From: Monocercomonoides exilis PA203
Lineage: Eukaryota; Protista; Preaxostyla
Reading direction: 5' to 3'
NCBI GenBank assembly: GCA_001643675.2
Contig: LSRY02000066.1
Location: 124,001-188,000, forward strand
Length of the DNA stretch: 64,000 bases
A program made the translations under genes and the position numbers. The notes under the pieces were generated by a model that did not search any database, was not told where the DNA came from, and worked only from the letters and a program-made list of their open reading frames with translations. The stretch's first letter is position 1. Every line of letters begins with the position of its first letter. Below are positions 59,972-64,000 of the stretch, piece by piece.

Positions 59972-62900
59972 CTAAGTTTTTATCTTTTCAGTTACAACTC
60001 GATTTTCATCGCCTTCTTCCTCTGCCACTTCTTCTTCCTCCTCCTCCTCCTCTTCTTCCTCCTCAATTTCTTCTTCGCATTCTTCTCCCTCATCTTCCTC
60101 TTCCTCTTCCTCCTCATTCTCTTCTTCATTATCATTCTCCTCTTCCTTCTCTTCCTCTTCCTCTTCCTCGCTTTCTTCTTCTTCTTCCTCTTCCTCCTCC
60201 TCCTCCTCTTCTTCTTCTTCTTCTTCCATCTTCTCTTCCGCATCTTCTCTTAAAGTATCCAATGCAATTTCTTCAATGAATTTCTTCGCTTCACTTTCTC
60301 CCAACGAAGAAAATAGGATTTCCAAATCTCCCTTACGAAACAGCGGAGCCAGACGAGAAAATAATGGAAGTGATTGATTGGATGATGATGATGGAGAGCC
60401 TTCATGTTGAGCATGTTTATCTCCAGACTTTGGCGAAGTGAAGGGCGAGAATGGCCAATTAGATAGTTTTATCTCTTCATCTGAGTCACTTTCTATTTGC
60501 ATTCTTTCACCTTCCTCCATTTCCTTTGCTTTTTCTCTTGCCTTCCGTCTTTCGTCGTCTTCGGGCAGACGCCACTCCGACTGCCTCGACAGGAGCGTTC
60601 TTCTGACAATATCTTCCCATCTGTCTCTTCTTCTGCTGAAGGCAGCTGCGATGTGCCTCTCTCTTTCGAGCACAAACTGGCACAGACAGAGCTGGAAGTG
60701 CAGAGAAAGACTCAGAAACGACTGCGGAAGAGGAGGGGCAGTGAACACAGTGGGGCGTGAGTCGATGTATTCCTCGTTTCTCTTCTGCTCAAATGACAGA
60801 AGCGTCTTCAGCAGAGCAATGGAGCTGAAGAGGAGCACAATCGGGTGAGGAAAGATTTCTCTCGCATGTGGTATATTCGGATCCTGCTTTAATTCTTCTG
60901 CTGTGAGAATGGCGTGAGGACGAGAGAGCACACGAGCAAACAGCCTCTTCAGAAGAAGCGTGCCGAAGAGAAGAGAAGACGACGAATGAAGCATTGGGTC
61001 AAAGATTGGATCGGCGGGGGATGGGAAGTGATGGTCTATCACTTCTTTCTCTTTACTATTGTCTTCTTTCTCTTTCTCTTTCTCTTTCTCTTTCTCTTTC
61101 TCTTTCTCTTTCTCTTTCTCTTTCTCTTTCTCTTTCTCTTTCTCTTTTTCTTTTTCTTTCTCTTTCTCTTTTTCTTTCTCTTTCTCTTTTTCTTTCTCTT
61201 TTTCTTTTTCTTTTTCTTTTTCTTTTTCTTTTTCTTTTTCTTTTTCTTTTTCTTTTTCTTTTTCTTTTTCTTTTGGCAAAGACTCTTGACAAATTTTCTT
61301 CTCCTCATCCTCTTCCTCTTCCTCCTCTTCTTTCTTCTTCTTATTCCTCAGGTAAGCAGAGCACGGTTTTTCAAGAGCCTCGTCCATCATCGCAGCCAGT
61401 TTGATGTTCTTCTGTTTGACAATCCACTCCACCAGCTGCTCTTTTGCTCTGAACATGTTGCTTTTCAGGGCATCCTGTGTGTCATAAAAGAGATGCCTCA
61501 TCGTCCGCTTTGAGAGCAGATCAAACACACTCGCCGGCTGAAGCAGTGTCTTCCGATGTGAAAGAAGAGCTGAGATCAGATTAGATTCTTTCGCTTCTTC
61601 CTCTTTCCTCTCTTCCCCTTCCACTTCTCTTTCTCTTTCTTCATTTCCTCTCTCCATCTCTTCTTTCTTCTCTTCCTTCTTCTCTCCTTCTTCTTCTTTC
61701 TCCGTCTTCTTCTTCCAAATCCCACAAAACTGCACCCATCCCATCTCCAGCTCTATCTCTCCTGTCTCAAACACCTTCCTGATCATCCTCTGGAACTCCC
61801 TCTTCTGCTTCCTCATCTCCTTCTCCTTCTCCATCGCCTCTTTCCTCTTTCGGATGGCTTCTTTCTCTTTTGTCTGTGCTATCAGTGAATAAATGATCTC
61901 CTGCTGCTCTTCTGCCGAGAATGACTGCCAATCTTCTTGTAATCTGTTGAACACTTTGGGAGCTTCCGGTTTTGACAATGTTGTTCTGTTAATATTGTTA
62001 TTGTTATTGCTTCTGATTGAAGAAGGAGCAGATGAAGGAGAAGAAGAAGATGATGATGATGATGATGCTTTAGACGGAGATGAGGGAGTGGCAGATGTTG
62101 CAGGAGATGCAGCAGGAGATGATGACAAAGCAGAAGGAGAAGAGGCAGGGGCAGAAGCTGGATACATTTCAGCCACTGACAGCATTGTTTGTGGTGGGAG
62201 CGTTTCAATCATTGCATAAGACACGTCTGAATCCATCGGAGAAATATAATAAGCAGGAAACAGAGATGAAGAGGGATACATTGAAGCACTCAAATAGTCA
62301 GCATTTGAATGTCTGTGAAGGCTTCTGCTTCTGTGATGGCTGTGCCGATGCGATTGCCGATCAAAAGAAGAAGAAGAAGAAGGTGAAGAGGAGGAGGAAT
62401 AAAAGGAATAAGAAGAGGAAGATGAAGAAGATGAAGAAGAAGGAGAAGGAGAATATGAAGAAGAATGTCTGCGCCATTCAGATGAGCTGCTGCGAGAGTG
62501 CGAAAAGAAGTGAGCATCAGTCGAATGACTGAAGTGACTGTGTCTGTGTTTGTGCCCCTGTTTCTGTCTCTGTCCATTTCTGCTTCCACTTCTATTTCTA
62601 TTTCTATTTCCTCTTTTGTGTCTGTGACTGTGTTTGTGTTTGTGTTTGTGAGTGTAATCTTCATCACTACAGCTGCTGATGCTGTGAGAGTGATACTTCG
62701 ATTGTGCAAAGAATGAAAATGCCTCTCTGTCTGAAGAGAGGGATGACAAAGAAGGACTTCGCAAATGTCTGTTTGAATGAGAATGGTGATGATGAGTGTG
62801 TCTTCTCTGATGTTTTCTGCCTTTGTGTTTGTTGTTGTGATGTCTGTGAGAAGAGGATGGATGAGGCGGAATGAATGGAACAGACTCAGATTCTGATGAG

Positions 62901-64000
62901 GACCCACTGACGTGGGCAAAATGGCGTCTTGATAACACATTCACAGGAGAAAGAGAAGAAGATGATGAGGAAGAGGAGGAGGAGGAGGAAGAGGAAGAAG
63001 ATGAAGAAGCAGAATGTGGAGTGATATTCGAAGACAATGCCTTGATGATCGACATGTCTGCTGCCTCCAGCACTTTCAGCATTCTCTCTTTCCTTTCGAG
63101 GCTGCTTTGTGTCTGCTCTTCTTTCTCTTTCACATACAACTTCGCACAAAACTCGCTGAAAAGATCCATCAAAATAGAATCTCCTAATTCTTCATCACTT
63201 TCACTACTGTCGAGGCTGTCTTTCTCCTCTTTGCATTCTTCTTCTGATGACTCTTCCTTCTGCTCTTTATCATCTTCATCCTTGGCTTCTGTTGCTTTCT
63301 CTTTCTCTTTCTCTTTCTCTTTCTCTTCGTTATTTCCTCTGTCATTTCCTTTTCTTTTCTCGCTTTTTGCTCCTCTGCTTTCCTTCTTTTTTTGATCTTT
63401 TTGTTTCTTCTCATCCTTCTTGCCCTTCCTCTTTCCTTTCCCATGGCGGTTCTTGATGTATGCCAATATCTTTCTATTGCTCCACCCAGCTGTCTTCCAT
63501 CTGCTGTCCTCTTTCATCAGCCTTTTCGCCTCTTCAAACAGAGTCCCCGACGAAATCTGCCCTTTGCCTGCATATTCGCTGCACATCTTGTAGAAGCGAG
63601 CATAGATCACGCTCTTCCACGCATACAGCTTGTTTTGTGCTGACTTCTTTGTGTGTGTGATGTGCATGTTGTACAGCATCTGCCTCTCCTTCATCGTCCG
63701 CACCTGAACATACCGCTTGTCAGACACAACAAGCGGAATCAGCTCTTCAAACGGAGGCGCCTCAAACAAGACATCGATTTCGTCTTCTTCTGCAGGAGAT
63801 CTCTGCATTTTGGGGTGAATGGAATAATACTGCTCAATCGCTTCAGCAAGAAGCTCAGTGAAATCATTGTACTTTTCATACTGCTGCTTCTTATGTTCGC
63901 TTTTTGATTTTTCTGACGAGGAAGATGAACTGCTGCGGCGTGCTGCAGAAGATGTAGGAGGAAGAGGGGGAGGGGCAGAAGAAGAGGCATGTGAGTCAGT
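59972..64000 (-). CDS. Prp40/PRPF40-like FF-domain splicing factor, 5' partial
   Basis: The frame is open from 64000. FF-like repeats: NDFTELL..PFEELIPLVVSDKRYVQV..ERQMLYNMHI; TLFEEAKRLMKEDSRW..MDLFSEFCAKL; REFQRMIRKVFETGEIELEMGWVQF..MRHLFYD; LGESEAKKFIEE. Large His/Ser/Arg-rich, KE and poly-Glu insertions. Confidence 0.68.
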   Translation of the reverse strand, partial: TDSHASSSAPPPLPPTSSAARRSSSSSSSEKSKSEHKKQQYEKYNDFTELLAEAIEQYYSIHPKMQRSPAEEDEIDVLFEAPPFEELIPLVVSDKRYVQVRTMKERQMLYNMHITHTKKSAQNKLYAWKSVIYARFYKMCSEYAGKGQISSGTLFEEAKRLMKEDSRWKTAGWSNRKILAYIKNRHGKGKRKGKKDEKKQKDQKKKESRGAKSEKRKGNDRGNNEEKEKEKEKEKATEAKDEDDKEQKEESSEEECKEEKDSLDSSESDEELGDSILMDLFSEFCAKLYVKEKEEQTQSSLERKERMLKVLEAADMSIIKALSSNITPHSASSSSSSSSSSSSSSSSSSLSPVNVLSRRHFAHVSGSSSESESVPFIPPHPSSSHRHHNNKHKGRKHQRRHTHHHHSHSNRHLRSPSLSSLSSDREAFSFFAQSKYHSHSISSCSDEDYTHKHKHKHSHRHKRGNRNRNRSGSRNGQRQKQGHKHRHSHFSHSTDAHFFSHSRSSSSEWRRHSSSYSPSPSSSSSSSSSSYSFYSSSSSPSSSSSFDRQSHRHSHHRSRSLHRHSNADYLSASMYPSSSLFPAYYISPMDSDVSYAMIETLPPQTMLSVAEMYPASAPASSPSALSSSPAASPATSATPSSPSKASSSSSSSSSPSSAPSSIRSNNNNNINRTTLSKPEAPKVFNRLQEDWQSFSAEEQQEIIYSLIAQTKEKEAIRKRKEAMEKEKEMRKQKREFQRMIRKVFETGEIELEMGWVQFCGIWKKKTEKEEEGEKKEEKKEEMERGNEEREREVEGEERKEEEAKESNLISALLSHRKTLLQPASVFDLLSKRTMRHLFYDTQDALKSNMFRAKEQLVEWIVKQKNIKLAAMMDEALEKPCSAYLRNKKKKEEEEEEEDEEKKICQESLPKEKEKEKEKEKEKEKEKEKEKEKEKEKEKEKEKEKEKEKEKEKEKEKEKEKEKEKEKEKEKEKEKEKEKEDNSKEKEVIDHHFPSPADPIFDPMLHSSSSLLFGTLLLKRLFARVLSRPHAILTAEELKQDPNIPHAREIFPHPIVLLFSSIALLKTLLSFEQKRNEEYIDSRPTVFTAPPLPQSFLSLSLHFQLCLCQFVLERERHIAAAFSRRRDRWEDIVRRTLLSRQSEWRLPEDDERRKAREKAKEMEEGERMQIESDSDEEIKLSNWPFSPFTSPKSGDKHAQHEGSPSSSSNQSLPLFSRLAPLFRKGDLEILFSSLGESEAKKFIEEIALDTLREDAEEKMEEEEEEEEEEEEEEEEEESEEEEEEEKEEENDNEEENEEEEEEEDEGEECEEEIEEEEEEEEEEEEVAEEEGDENRVVTEKIKT
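61062..61273 (-). repeat. Coding hexamer microsatellite (AAAGAA/AAAGAG)x~35 encoding (KE)n
   Basis: About 210 nt of pure pyrimidine on the + strand: a (TCTTTC)n block, a mixed block, then a (TCTTTT)n block. Confidence 0.95.

Noticed and set aside
59776-59972. Continuation of the Prp40-like CDS beyond TAG 59972
   Set aside because: The downstream GA-rich sequence has stops in all three frames; at most a decayed tail or UTR.
1-64000. Genome-wide TAA/TAG=Gln code
   Set aside because: Multi-kb host ORFs contain no TAR, and several genes end in TAA (6454, 42060, 43054, 46614, 54743).

Overview
AT-rich, gene-dense eukaryotic DNA with short (about 40-250 nt) spliceosomal introns, the standard genetic code, and very long Ser/Pro-rich and Glu/Lys-rich low-complexity insertions in otherwise conserved proteins. 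The style suggests an oxymonad such as Monocercomonoides (inference). Housekeeping genes, in order: WHIM/WSD-motif chromatin protein (5' partial), WD40-like plus coiled-coil protein, NEK-type kinase, PYM/WIBG, Sfi1-like centrin-binding protein, a PMS1/MLH2-type MutL homolog with degenerate endonuclease motifs, RABL2, a PH-domain protein, Timeless, a MEIOB/RPA1-like triple-OB protein, mucolipin (TRPML) and a Prp40-like FF-domain protein (5' partial). Between the convergent 3' ends of the MutL and RABL2 genes lies a ~16 kb accessory block. It holds a decayed intron-containing pogo-type DDE transposase, a degenerate PHD-like remnant, and a 12.1-kb intronless gene for a ~4,040-aa receptor-like protein (signal peptide, 8 Cys-capped beta-helix modules, one TM, kinase-like C-lobe without catalytic motifs). 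That gene is broken only by a 16-nt tandem duplication and one in-frame TAA. PYM, RABL2, the PH gene, the MutL ends and the MEIOB-like N-terminus are visible only after manual splicing. All protein identifications come from recalled motifs, not database searches.
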